Shown here piece by piece: positions 18,999 to 27,196 of a DNA stretch of 64,000 bases (within the stretch, counting starts at the first letter, position 1; every line of letters starts with the position of its first letter). The notes beneath the pieces are model-generated. The model had not been told where the DNA came from. It worked only from the letters and a program-made list of their open reading frames with translations, and searched no databases. Origin of the DNA: Clostridia bacterium (GTDB taxonomy: Bacteria > Bacillota > Clostridia > UMGS1810); contig JAZNJU010000006.1 of assembly GCA_045578205.1 (NCBI GenBank), positions 350 through 64,349 on the forward strand. The letters are read 5' to 3'. Position numbers and translations under genes: made by a program.

Positions 18999-20049
18999 AC
19001 TTAAGCAGGGTACACTTGCTTGGGAAAAGGCAAGAGCCACAAGAATAGGCGGTAGTGAAGTCTTTGATATAGTACGCTATTATGCTACAGATGAAGAACT
19101 GCAGAACTGCGGTATCAATGCTGAGGATTTCAAGAGTGAGGAACCATATACAACGGCATGGGCTTTGTATCACAAGATTATAAATGACGGTGTATATAAG
19201 TCGGAAGCACTTGCACCCGAATATGCCGAGTACGGTCATGCGGTAGAGCCTTACGGAGTGTACAAACTCCAGCAGGGCAGGGGTAAAAAGTTAAGGGCCG
19301 GTGCTGTGTATGCCGATAAGCGACTTGTAGCAAGTCTTGATGTTTCGGGATTTGCAGAAGAGATTGATGCAGTAATTCCTTTTGACTATGGCAAGGGACA
19401 CCCCAAGGCGGGGCAGAGGTTTGTGTGTGAGCAAAAGTCTATGATGCCGCAGAAAGTCAAGAGAGGCGTACCTTTCAAATACATAGTGCAGGCACAGTAT
19501 CAGATAGAGCAGACGGGTGCAGACTTCTTCATATTGCAGATTATGGTCCTTAAAGAGGACACACATTTCATCCGTGGTAAGATATGCCAGATGTCTAAGC
19601 CTAAAAGATACAAGTATCTTGATGAAAATATGCGTGTAAGACACATTTACTTCAAGAGTAACGAACACCTCGGACAACTTATAAACGTCTGCCTGGAACG
19701 ATTCTTTGAGGCGGTAGACAAGGGCGAAGAACCTACGGCATATATAGAGCAGGATTCCAAGCAGAACATAATCAAGAGTATATACCTCAATAGTGCCTAC
19801 GATAAAGAAAAACGCATTGATTATGATTTGTCAAAGTTTGCTTTGCTCCGCAGTGAGTGCGAGAGTGCAGACAATATGTTGCGTGAAGAACTCCAAAAGA
19901 TTGTAGAGGTTGCCAAGGAAAATAACGCTGTTATGTTTGATAGCGGAAATGGCCTTACTGCAAAGTTTGACAAGATAGGCAGATTTTTAATTAAAGTACC
20001 GGAGGATTGGGAAAATGAAACTTCGACCTTATCAGAACAATGCGGTTGA
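18982..20049 (+). CDS. YqaJ/lambda-Exo-like PD-(D/E)xK recombination exonuclease
   Basis: N-terminal GTLAWEKARATRIGGSEVFDI (YqaJ signature). Paired with RecT. Confidence 0.7.
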   Translation: MLKKTKLKQGTLAWEKARATRIGGSEVFDIVRYYATDEELQNCGINAEDFKSEEPYTTAWALYHKIINDGVYKSEALAPEYAEYGHAVEPYGVYKLQQGRGKKLRAGAVYADKRLVASLDVSGFAEEIDAVIPFDYGKGHPKAGQRFVCEQKSMMPQKVKRGVPFKYIVQAQYQIEQTGADFFILQIMVLKEDTHFIRGKICQMSKPKRYKYLDENMRVRHIYFKSNEHLGQLINVCLERFFEAVDKGEEPTAYIEQDSKQNIIKSIYLNSAYDKEKRIDYDLSKFALLRSECESADNMLREELQKIVEVAKENNAVMFDSGNGLTAKFDKIGRFLIKVPEDWENETSTLSEQCG

Positions 20050-21571
20050 GCATGCTATAGAAATGCTCACGGACAGAGACAACTCCCTTATAGTTGCAGG
20101 TACCGGAGCAGGCAAGACCATAATGATGGCTGCTGCTATTGGAAAGTACTTCAAAGGCTTTAAGGCGGTAAAGGGAAGATATCCCCACGTGCTTGTTCTT
20201 GTTCACCGTACAGAGATACACGGACAGAATCATGGTAAGTTTTCTCTCGTGTGCCCCGAGATACCGACATCGGAAATTACACAGGTAAAGAAAAGCCTTA
20301 AGGGATATGTACACTTTGGTATGGTTCAGACGGTTGTAAACCTTCTGCCGCAGTTTGAAAAGTCAAATTGTTATTTTGACCTCATAGTAATCGACGAAGC
20401 ACATCATGCTGCTGCTTCCACATATGAAAAGATTATAGAGTGGAACACTTTGGGAAATCCCGATACGGCAGTACTTGGAGTTACGGCTACACCGAACAGA
20501 GGAGACGAACTTCCGCTTATTCACCTTTGGGATAATTACTATCAGATAACAAGTAAATTCCTCATAGACAGTCATTATCTTGTAAAGCCTACTTTTTTGG
20601 ATTTGTCTCCCGTGTTTACAAACGGGGAAAAGACAGAGAAAGGGCACCTTGGTAAATACATAAAAAACGACCTCGAGGGCAGAGAGATAATGTCAAAGTT
20701 GTGTGATGATTATCTTAAGAATAAACTACCGGGGAAAACGGTGATTTTTACTCCGTCCCATGAGTTCTGCGAAATGATATTTGATATTCTCAAGGAAAAG
20801 GGCAGAAAGCCTGCATACCTTGCACTGGGACTTGATGATGTCACAAGAAAGAATGTACTTGAAAGTTTCGAAAAAGGTGATTGCGACGAACTCATAAATG
20901 TGGATATATGCACAGAGGGATACGACTACCCCGAACTTGCAAACCTTGTGGATTTCGATACCAACGGAACACACGGCCAATGGGTACAAAAGGTCGGCAG
21001 GGTACTGCGTACTGCACCGGGTAAGGTTAAGTGTCTTGTAATGGATTTCGGTGGAAATGTGGACCTTTATCCCGACGGAGTTGAAACCGATGTGAATCTT
21101 GAGGGAGCAGTTAAAAATCCCAAGGGAAGAAAACTTACCGAGGATGATTTCTTCAAAAAGAGGAAGTTGGCAGAGAAGGTTACTGCACAGGTAATGGACC
21201 AATATGACGAGGTATTCACACCGTATCACTTGCCCGATGGCTTTGAAACTGTCAATGATGCAGACTTTGGCATTGTAACGGTAGCCTGCGGTGAAAAAAC
21301 AGATTGTCTGCTTGTAAAACATAACGAGGCATATCGTTTGCTTATGGGAGACAAAAACTCCTTAAAATCGATTTTTGAGGGTAGTTTTGATGTTTGTATG
21401 GCACAGGCGGTGAAGTATGTTGGCAAGACCACCAAAGAGGACAAGCCTATAAGCCGTATGCAGATTAAGTTGCTTGCACCCGAATACCCCACATCGGCAC
21501 TCGATTGGTACGGAGCAAACTGTTGCATATGTTGGAAGACTTGGAAAAGTACGGTTGTGAAGTTGTTGTGA
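20015..21571 (+). CDS. SF2 DEAD/DEAH-box helicase (ResIII-like)
   Basis: 518 aa. LRPYQ, Walker A AGTGAGKT, DEAH box VIDEAHHA, helicase C region (...VDICTEGYDYP...VGRVLR). Confidence 0.85.
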   Translation: MKLRPYQNNAVEHAIEMLTDRDNSLIVAGTGAGKTIMMAAAIGKYFKGFKAVKGRYPHVLVLVHRTEIHGQNHGKFSLVCPEIPTSEITQVKKSLKGYVHFGMVQTVVNLLPQFEKSNCYFDLIVIDEAHHAAASTYEKIIEWNTLGNPDTAVLGVTATPNRGDELPLIHLWDNYYQITSKFLIDSHYLVKPTFLDLSPVFTNGEKTEKGHLGKYIKNDLEGREIMSKLCDDYLKNKLPGKTVIFTPSHEFCEMIFDILKEKGRKPAYLALGLDDVTRKNVLESFEKGDCDELINVDICTEGYDYPELANLVDFDTNGTHGQWVQKVGRVLRTAPGKVKCLVMDFGGNVDLYPDGVETDVNLEGAVKNPKGRKLTEDDFFKKRKLAEKVTAQVMDQYDEVFTPYHLPDGFETVNDADFGIVTVACGEKTDCLLVKHNEAYRLLMGDKNSLKSIFEGSFDVCMAQAVKYVGKTTKEDKPISRMQIKLLAPEYPTSALDWYGANCCICWKTWKSTVVKLL

Positions 21572-21607
21572 TGTAGTTGTGATAAGTTGTGATGAAAGGA
21601 GACGGGT

Positions 21608-22246
21608 ATGACCGAAGCAGTAGGAAGTATACACAAAGTAAAAGATAATATGGCTATCATCGTGGCGCAGGTCGACCCGTATCTCATAGAACGGCAGAAC
21701 ATTACAAAGTGCCTTGTTAAGTATGATGACGGTCGACATATAACAGCCCATCAGCGCAAGAAAGCCTATGCGGTTATAGGGGATATTGCAGAATACACAG
21801 GCAATGTTCCCGAATATGAAAAGGAATTGCAGAAGTGGTTCTTTATAGAGCGATATGGCGGTGAGGATTTCAGCCTTTCCGATTGTTCTGTAAGTACTGC
21901 GAGGGATTTTATATCCTATCTCATAGACTTCTGCTTTGAGAACAACATAGGCACGAGAGATACACTTCTGAACAATACAGACGATATAAACCGATATTTG
22001 TATTCTTGCCTTGCAAACCGTAAGTGTGCGGTATGCAATAAGAAAGCAGAGATACATCACTGCGAAGGCTCAAGGGTAGGCATGGGTTTTAACCGCCGAA
22101 AAATTGACAATATAGGGCGTTACGCCATTGCATTATGCAGGAAGTGTCACAACAAGGCTCACAACGATGAAAAAGGATTTTTCGACAAATATCATATATA
22201 CGGAATTAGGCTTGATAAGTATTTGGTAGATAAACTTGGACTGTAG
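21608..22246 (+). CDS. Putative phage HNH-like nuclease (HNHc_6-like)
   Basis: 212 aa. C-terminal CAVCNKKAEIHHC...LCRKCHNKAH Cys/His cluster. Confidence 0.5.
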   Translation: MTEAVGSIHKVKDNMAIIVAQVDPYLIERQNITKCLVKYDDGRHITAHQRKKAYAVIGDIAEYTGNVPEYEKELQKWFFIERYGGEDFSLSDCSVSTARDFISYLIDFCFENNIGTRDTLLNNTDDINRYLYSCLANRKCAVCNKKAEIHHCEGSRVGMGFNRRKIDNIGRYAIALCRKCHNKAHNDEKGFFDKYHIYGIRLDKYLVDKLGL

Positions 22247-22255
22247 GAGGTAAAC

Positions 22256-22510
22256 ATGGAAAAGTTAAGTCAATGCGAAATGATTATTAAGTACATAAGG
22301 GATTTTGGAAGCATAACAACTTTGCAGGCGTTCAGAGACATAGGGTGCACGCGACTTGCATCAAGGATAAATGACCTTAAAAACCGTGGGTACAGATTCA
22401 GAGATGAATATGTAACAAGCAAGAACAGATACGGTGTTAAGGTGAGTTATAAAAAGTACTACTTGGAGGGAGCAGATGGAACCGTGGATAAAACTATACC
22501 GGAAGTTTAG
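22256..22510 (+). CDS. Small winged-helix DNA-binding protein
   Basis: 84 aa. ...GSITTLQAFRDIGCTRLASRINDLKNRGY... is a pattern common in phage HTH proteins. Confidence 0.5.
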   Translation: MEKLSQCEMIIKYIRDFGSITTLQAFRDIGCTRLASRINDLKNRGYRFRDEYVTSKNRYGVKVSYKKYYLEGADGTVDKTIPEV

Positions 22511-23306
22511 GGAGTGGGAATGGTATAACGATCCGATTGTTAAAGCGGTATTTATTGAGTTGTTGCTCACTGCGAATTGGAAGCCAACAAAATGGAAGGG
22601 CATAGAGTTGGATGTGGGGGAGACCGTTGTCGGTCGTAAAGAACTTGCCGATGCAGTTGGGATTTCGGAGCAAAATGTCAGAACTGCTCTGCGGAAATTG
22701 GAGAACACAAAGACAATTGTTAAAAAATCAACCAACAAATATACCATCGTAAAGGTGCTTAATTACTGCAATTATCAAGCATTGGCAGAGGACAATCAAC
22801 CAACAACTAACCAACAACTAACCAACAATCAACCAACAACTAACCAACAACTAACCACACCTAAAGAATATAAGAATAATATAAATAAAGAATTATATAT
22901 AGAAGAAGCCGCGCGCGTGCGCGCACGCGAGGGAATAGCCAAGGTTATAAATCTCTATGAAGAGAACATAGGAGTGCCGTCTCCTATAACAAGAGATGTT
23001 CTTGCAGACTTACTTAGTTCACACAGTGCCGACCTGGTGGAACTTGCCATAACAGAGGCTGCAAAGGCAAATGCTCATAGCGTTAAATACATAGAGGCTA
23101 TATTCCGCAAATGGGATTCTTTGGGTATCAAAGATGTAAACGGTGCTATGCACGCCATTGCAGAGCATAAGAGTAATACAACCACTTCATACTCACAGAA
23201 GCAAACCAATGGAGGCAAGCGGAATTTCTTCCAGGACTACGATAACGAAATGAGTGATTTTGAAGTGGAACTTATGAAAAAGAGAGTAGGCAACGGAAAT
23301 GATTAA
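22476..23306 (+). CDS. Phage replication initiator / replisome organizer with C-terminal DnaD-like domain
   Basis: 276 aa. N-terminal WIKLYRKFREWEWY... winged-helix-like region, repeat linker, and a C-terminal region ...VKYIEAIFRKW... like the DnaD domain. Confidence 0.7.
   Translation: MEPWIKLYRKFREWEWYNDPIVKAVFIELLLTANWKPTKWKGIELDVGETVVGRKELADAVGISEQNVRTALRKLENTKTIVKKSTNKYTIVKVLNYCNYQALAEDNQPTTNQQLTNNQPTTNQQLTTPKEYKNNINKELYIEEAARVRAREGIAKVINLYEENIGVPSPITRDVLADLLSSHSADLVELAITEAAKANAHSVKYIEAIFRKWDSLGIKDVNGAMHAIAEHKSNTTTSYSQKQTNGGKRNFFQDYDNEMSDFEVELMKKRVGNGND
22793..22858. repeat. Two 33-bp tandem units containing four copies of 11-mer ccaacaactaa (iteron-like), inside the replication gene
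   Basis: Units at 22793-22825 and 22826-22858 differ at one base. Followed by an AT-rich tract (22861-22906) and a 16-bp GC palindrome cgcgtgcgcgcacgcg (22914-22929). Confidence 0.85.
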
Positions 23307-25065
23307 CATAACGACAGGACAAACAAATTTTTTGGACGAGATTATAGTCGATAATTTTGCCGGAGGTGGTGGAGCATCTACCGGAATAGAACTTGCTACT
23401 GGCAGAATAGTAGATATAGCAATCAATCATGACCCGGATGCCGTGCGAATGCACAAGACTAACCATCCTTACACAAAACATTATTGCGAAAGTGTGTGGG
23501 AGGTAAATCCTGTAGAAATATGTCAAGGCAGACCAGTAGGACTTATGTGGCTTAGCCCGGATTGCAAACATTTTTCCAGAGCCAAAGGCGGTAAGCCTGT
23601 AAGCAAGAATGTGAGAGGGCTTGCCTGGATAGCTGTGAGGTGGGCTGCAACAGTAAAGCCAAGAGTTATAATTCTTGAAAATGTGCCGGAGTTTGTTACA
23701 TGGGGACCTCTTGATAAGAAAAATCGTCCCGATGAAAAGCAGAAAGGAAGAACTTTTAATAGTTTTGTTAATGCGCTAAAAAGACACGGCTATGATGTAG
23801 ATTGGAAAGAGATACGTTGTTGTGATATAGGTGCTCCTACAATCAGAAAGCGATTTGTACTTGTGGCAAGATGTGACGGAAGGCCGATTGTGTTCCCGAA
23901 AGCGACACACGGAGAAGGCCTTAAACCGTACAGGACAGCAGCAGAGTGTATAGATTGGTCTATACCTTGTAAGTCGATATTTGAGAGAGAAAAACCTCTC
24001 GTTGAGAAAACACTCAAAAGAATTGCACGCGGACTTGATAAATTTACAATTAACTCGGACAAGCCGTTTATAGTGACTTGCAATCACGGAGGCGATGCTT
24101 TCAGAGGTCAAGATGTGGAGAACCCTTTGAACACTGTTACACAGAAATGCACAGATGGTGTTGTGGTTCCCTTCTTTGCATCAATGCACTTTGAAAACAA
24201 AGGCACTGCGGGTAATGCACCTTTGAGTACAATAACTACCGTTAATACTCACTATGCAGTAACTCCCCATATATCAAAATACTATGGTGGTGTTATAGGT
24301 GCTGATGTAAGTACACCACTACCGACGGTTACGCAGATAGACCATAACGCATTGGTTGGAGCATCACTTATTCAGTATCATTCAGAAACTTCGGACAATG
24401 AAGTGAGGGGACAGGATTTGCAAGAACCCATTATGACGATTGATGCTTCGCCAAGATATGCACTTACATCGGCACACATTGTAAAGTATTACAGTGGAGA
24501 TGATAACTATAGCAGTGTAAAGTCTCCGCTTCATACAGTTACGGTCAAAGAGAGAAACGCCCTTGTAGAGAGTCACTTGTGTGTCCTGCGCAACAATATG
24601 GATTGTAAATCTATGACAGAACCGCTTTCAACGGTTACTACATCAGCAGGACATTTTGCCAAGATAGACACAAAAATTGTTAAATATGATGGTGGACAGA
24701 ACCTATATCATTGGCCGGAGGTAAGAGAATTACTTAACAAATATTGTGATTATAATATGGCGGATGATGAGATTTTGCTTCTTGTAATTAACGGCGAAAA
24801 CTGTTTCGTTTGTGACATAGGTATGAGAATGCTTGTGCCAAGAGAATTGTATAACGCTCACGGCTTTCCACAGGATTACATAATTGATGTGGATTACAAA
24901 GGAAATGTGTATCCAAAGAACAAGCAGGTGGCAAGGTGTGGCAATTCTGTACCGCCTCCGCTTGCAGAGGCTATGGTAAGGGCAAATTTGCCGGAGTGGT
25001 GCGATGTAAAAATTGTAAATATGGCACAGTTACAAAATAAAGTAGCTTACGGAGGTATAAGATGA
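23299..25065 (+). CDS. DNA (cytosine-5) methyltransferase with an expanded, internally repetitive target-recognition region
   Basis: 588 aa. Motif I DNFAGGGGAS, motif IV SPDCKHFS, motif VI ILENVPEF, motif VIII TIRKRFVLVA, motif X CGNSVPPPLAEAM. Six P-[LI]-x-T-[VI]-[TD] modules lie between motifs VIII and X. Confidence 0.88.
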   Translation: MINITTGQTNFLDEIIVDNFAGGGGASTGIELATGRIVDIAINHDPDAVRMHKTNHPYTKHYCESVWEVNPVEICQGRPVGLMWLSPDCKHFSRAKGGKPVSKNVRGLAWIAVRWAATVKPRVIILENVPEFVTWGPLDKKNRPDEKQKGRTFNSFVNALKRHGYDVDWKEIRCCDIGAPTIRKRFVLVARCDGRPIVFPKATHGEGLKPYRTAAECIDWSIPCKSIFEREKPLVEKTLKRIARGLDKFTINSDKPFIVTCNHGGDAFRGQDVENPLNTVTQKCTDGVVVPFFASMHFENKGTAGNAPLSTITTVNTHYAVTPHISKYYGGVIGADVSTPLPTVTQIDHNALVGASLIQYHSETSDNEVRGQDLQEPIMTIDASPRYALTSAHIVKYYSGDDNYSSVKSPLHTVTVKERNALVESHLCVLRNNMDCKSMTEPLSTVTTSAGHFAKIDTKIVKYDGGQNLYHWPEVRELLNKYCDYNMADDEILLLVINGENCFVCDIGMRMLVPRELYNAHGFPQDYIIDVDYKGNVYPKNKQVARCGNSVPPPLAEAMVRANLPEWCDVKIVNMAQLQNKVAYGGIR

Positions 25066-25415
25066 CAGGAAAAACAAAAATATGTCCCTTTTGCCAAAGG
25101 GAATTTGTACCGGAGAATAGTGCAACTGTGTACTGTAGTGCGGAGTGTCGCAAAGGGATGCGACGCAAAAGAAGTATGGATGAAAGAAAAAACAGAACAC
25201 TCATCTGTAAATATTGCGGAAAATCTTTCGTTTCGGATTGGAAACGGAAATATTGCAGTGAAAAGTGTTGCAAAAAAGCAAACGGGGGGATGAAAACGGC
25301 GGATATGCCCAAATCTGTAAAAAAAGAACGTATGAGTACTCTTGCACAAATAAATGAACTTGCAAGAGCGGCAGGTATGAACTACGGGCAGTATGTTGCA
25401 CGACATAATCTGTGA
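25062..25415 (+). CDS. Zinc-ribbon protein, basic
   Basis: 117 aa. Repeated CxxC...C..C clusters (ICPFCQ..YCSAEC; ICKYCG..YCSEKC). Confidence 0.55.
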   Translation: MTGKTKICPFCQREFVPENSATVYCSAECRKGMRRKRSMDERKNRTLICKYCGKSFVSDWKRKYCSEKCCKKANGGMKTADMPKSVKKERMSTLAQINELARAAGMNYGQYVARHNL

Positions 25416-25433
25416 GTAGCAATAAAGTAAAAC

Positions 25434-25462
25434 TTGCACTTATCTTAAAGTGTAAATATAAA
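25434..25462 (+). promoter_or_regulatory. Candidate promoter for the DGR cassette
   Basis: TTGCAC (25434-25439), 17-nt spacer, TATAAA (25457-25462), about 20 nt upstream of RBS aaaggag. Confidence 0.45.
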
Positions 25463-25482
25463 AACAACGTAAAGGAGAAAAG

Positions 25483-26097
25483 ATGATGAAAAACTACATT
25501 TGCTTTAATGGCAAAAAAATCGAACTGACCTCTGAGCAGGTCGCAGATATGAAAAAGTCTCTGGGGGTATGGGAAGTAAAATTATCCGATATTTCGATTG
25601 GGGAAACATTCAAAATAGGGGAGCATGAGTTCATAGTTCTTGAACACAGGGAAGAAGGAACAGCCGTAATACGAAAAAATCTGTTGTTTAAGGAAAAAGA
25701 GTTCGGAAAGAACAACGACTACAGAAACTCTTATGTAGATGTCTTATGTAAAGATTACGGGGCACAGATAGGAGAAATAGTCGGTCCTGACAACATCATT
25801 GAACACACGGTAGATTTGACCTCCGATGATGGTTTAAAAGACTACGGCTCTATCAGAAGAGTGATGTCATTACTTACTTGCAATCAGTACCGCAAGTATG
25901 TTGAGATACTGGACAAGCACAAGATAGATGCTTGGTGGTGGCTCTCTACGGCATACAGTACACCCAAACACGACAATAGCACTTGGGTTAAGTGCGTTTC
26001 GCCTAGTGGCGGCATCAACTACGATTGCAACTACGGCGGCGGCGTTCGCCCGTTTTGTATCTTAAAATCTGATATCTTAGTATCTAAAGGAGAATGA
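25483..26097 (+). CDS. DGR target (variable) protein 1
   Basis: 204 aa. C-terminus ...WWWLSTAYS...WVKCVSPSGGINYDCNYGGGVRPF carries VR1. Paralogous to the next ORF. No signal peptide or TM seen. Confidence 0.85.
   Translation: MMKNYICFNGKKIELTSEQVADMKKSLGVWEVKLSDISIGETFKIGEHEFIVLEHREEGTAVIRKNLLFKEKEFGKNNDYRNSYVDVLCKDYGAQIGEIVGPDNIIEHTVDLTSDDGLKDYGSIRRVMSLLTCNQYRKYVEILDKHKIDAWWWLSTAYSTPKHDNSTWVKCVSPSGGINYDCNYGGGVRPFCILKSDILVSKGE
25993..26053 (+). repeat. DGR variable region VR1
   Basis: 61 nt aligning to the TR with 10 mismatches, all at TR adenines. The flanks tgcgtttcgcct and ggcgttcgcccgt are identical. Confidence 0.9.
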
Positions 26098-26630
26098 ACA
26101 TGAAAAAGACAGAATTATTCAATATCAAGGTGGGCGATACCTTTAAAATCGGCGATGTAGAGTTTATAAAATTCGGTCAGGGAGGAGACAAAGTAACGGC
26201 AGTCACAAAAGACATTGTTTTCTCTTCGGTGTTTGGAAAAAATAACAATTTTGCTGAAAGCAAAGTTTTAAGAAGACTCGAAAATGAATTTCTCCCAAAG
26301 ATTGCAGAAGAAATCGGCATGGAGAACATATGTGATATAACAACAGATTTAACTACGCTTGACGGATTAAAACCCTATGGTGAAATGACATCAAAAATCA
26401 GTTTGCCGACCTTCGATTTTTACCGCCAGAATGTAAATGTTTTTGATAAGTACAAGCCTAATACATGGTGGTGGCTTGCTACTCCCGACACGGCTCAACC
26501 TCATTATAACCCCGTATGGGTAGTTTGCGTTTCGCCTGATGGCGACATCTACAACTATTGCAACATCGACGACGGCGTTCGCCCGTTTTTACGCTTTGAA
26601 TCTTCTATCTTTGTATCTTGTGAGGAATAA
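26094..26630 (+). CDS. DGR target (variable) protein 2
   Basis: 178 aa, overlaps target 1 by ATGA. C-terminus ...WWWLATPDT...WVVCVSPDGDIYNYCNIDDGVRPF carries VR2. Confidence 0.85.
   Translation: MNMKKTELFNIKVGDTFKIGDVEFIKFGQGGDKVTAVTKDIVFSSVFGKNNNFAESKVLRRLENEFLPKIAEEIGMENICDITTDLTTLDGLKPYGEMTSKISLPTFDFYRQNVNVFDKYKPNTWWWLATPDTAQPHYNPVWVVCVSPDGDIYNYCNIDDGVRPFLRFESSIFVSCEE
26526..26586 (+). repeat. DGR variable region VR2
   Basis: 61 nt aligning to the TR with 7 mismatches, all at TR adenines. Confidence 0.9.
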
Positions 26631-26632
26631 CA

Positions 26633-27001
26633 ATGGCTGATACGGATTTAAGAGTTATTGTGAAAGCCAAAGAACTGGCAGTTCACTCTTTCAAACTTAC
26701 AACGAATAGTAACAGATATCCAAAAAAATACAGACATTCTCTGTGCGATAAAATCCAGATTAAGAGCCTTGAAATTTACGAGTCTTTATTTGAAGCCAAC
26801 AGGATAAACAACAAAACGGATAAACAGGCAAGATGTGAAATGATAACAAAGGCCATAACTTATTGTGATGAATTGATGTTTTTTATTGAACTATCTATGA
26901 ACCTGGGATTGTTAAGCGGAGGTTCTTCTGAATATTGGACAAAAATCACATCAGATGTAAAACATATGGCTCTTGCCTGGAGAAAAACAGAAAGCAAATA
27001 A
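26633..27001 (+). CDS. avd: Avd-like four-helix-bundle DGR accessory protein
   Basis: 122 aa, helical, basic. KAKELAVHSFKLTTN..RYPKKYRHSLCDKIQ... resembles the four-helix-bundle/23S-IVS (bAvd) family. Sits directly between the targets and the TR. Confidence 0.75.
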   Translation: MADTDLRVIVKAKELAVHSFKLTTNSNRYPKKYRHSLCDKIQIKSLEIYESLFEANRINNKTDKQARCEMITKAITYCDELMFFIELSMNLGLLSGGSSEYWTKITSDVKHMALAWRKTESK

Positions 27002-27031
27002 TTTTTATGGGTTGTGCGTTGTATTTTTCTT

Positions 27032-27092
27032 TGCGTTTCGCCTAATGGCAACATCAACAACAATTACAACAACGACAACGGCGTTCGCCCGT
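27032..27092 (+). repeat. DGR template repeat (TR)
   Basis: tgcgtttcgcct AAT GGC AAC ATC AAC AAC AAT TAC AAC AAC GAC AAC ggcgttcgcccgt. 19 adenines, all in the 36-nt core. Lies between avd and the RT. Confidence 0.9.
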
Positions 27093-27196
27093 ACTGGTGG
27101 ATAGTTCGACAGAGTAGGCACAAGCCGAAATCAATGCACCACATCAAAAGAACGCACAACCTTTCCGTATGGATAAACAAAAGGGAGGAGTGCTGC

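Noticed and set aside
27014-27196. N-terminal 61-aa extension of the RT ORF in the track (MRCIFLCVSPNGNINNNYNNDNGVRPYWW...)
   Set aside because: This is the DGR template repeat plus spacer, which happens to be open in the RT frame. A strong RBS (aagggagg) precedes ATG 27197, where the conserved RT N-terminus begins.
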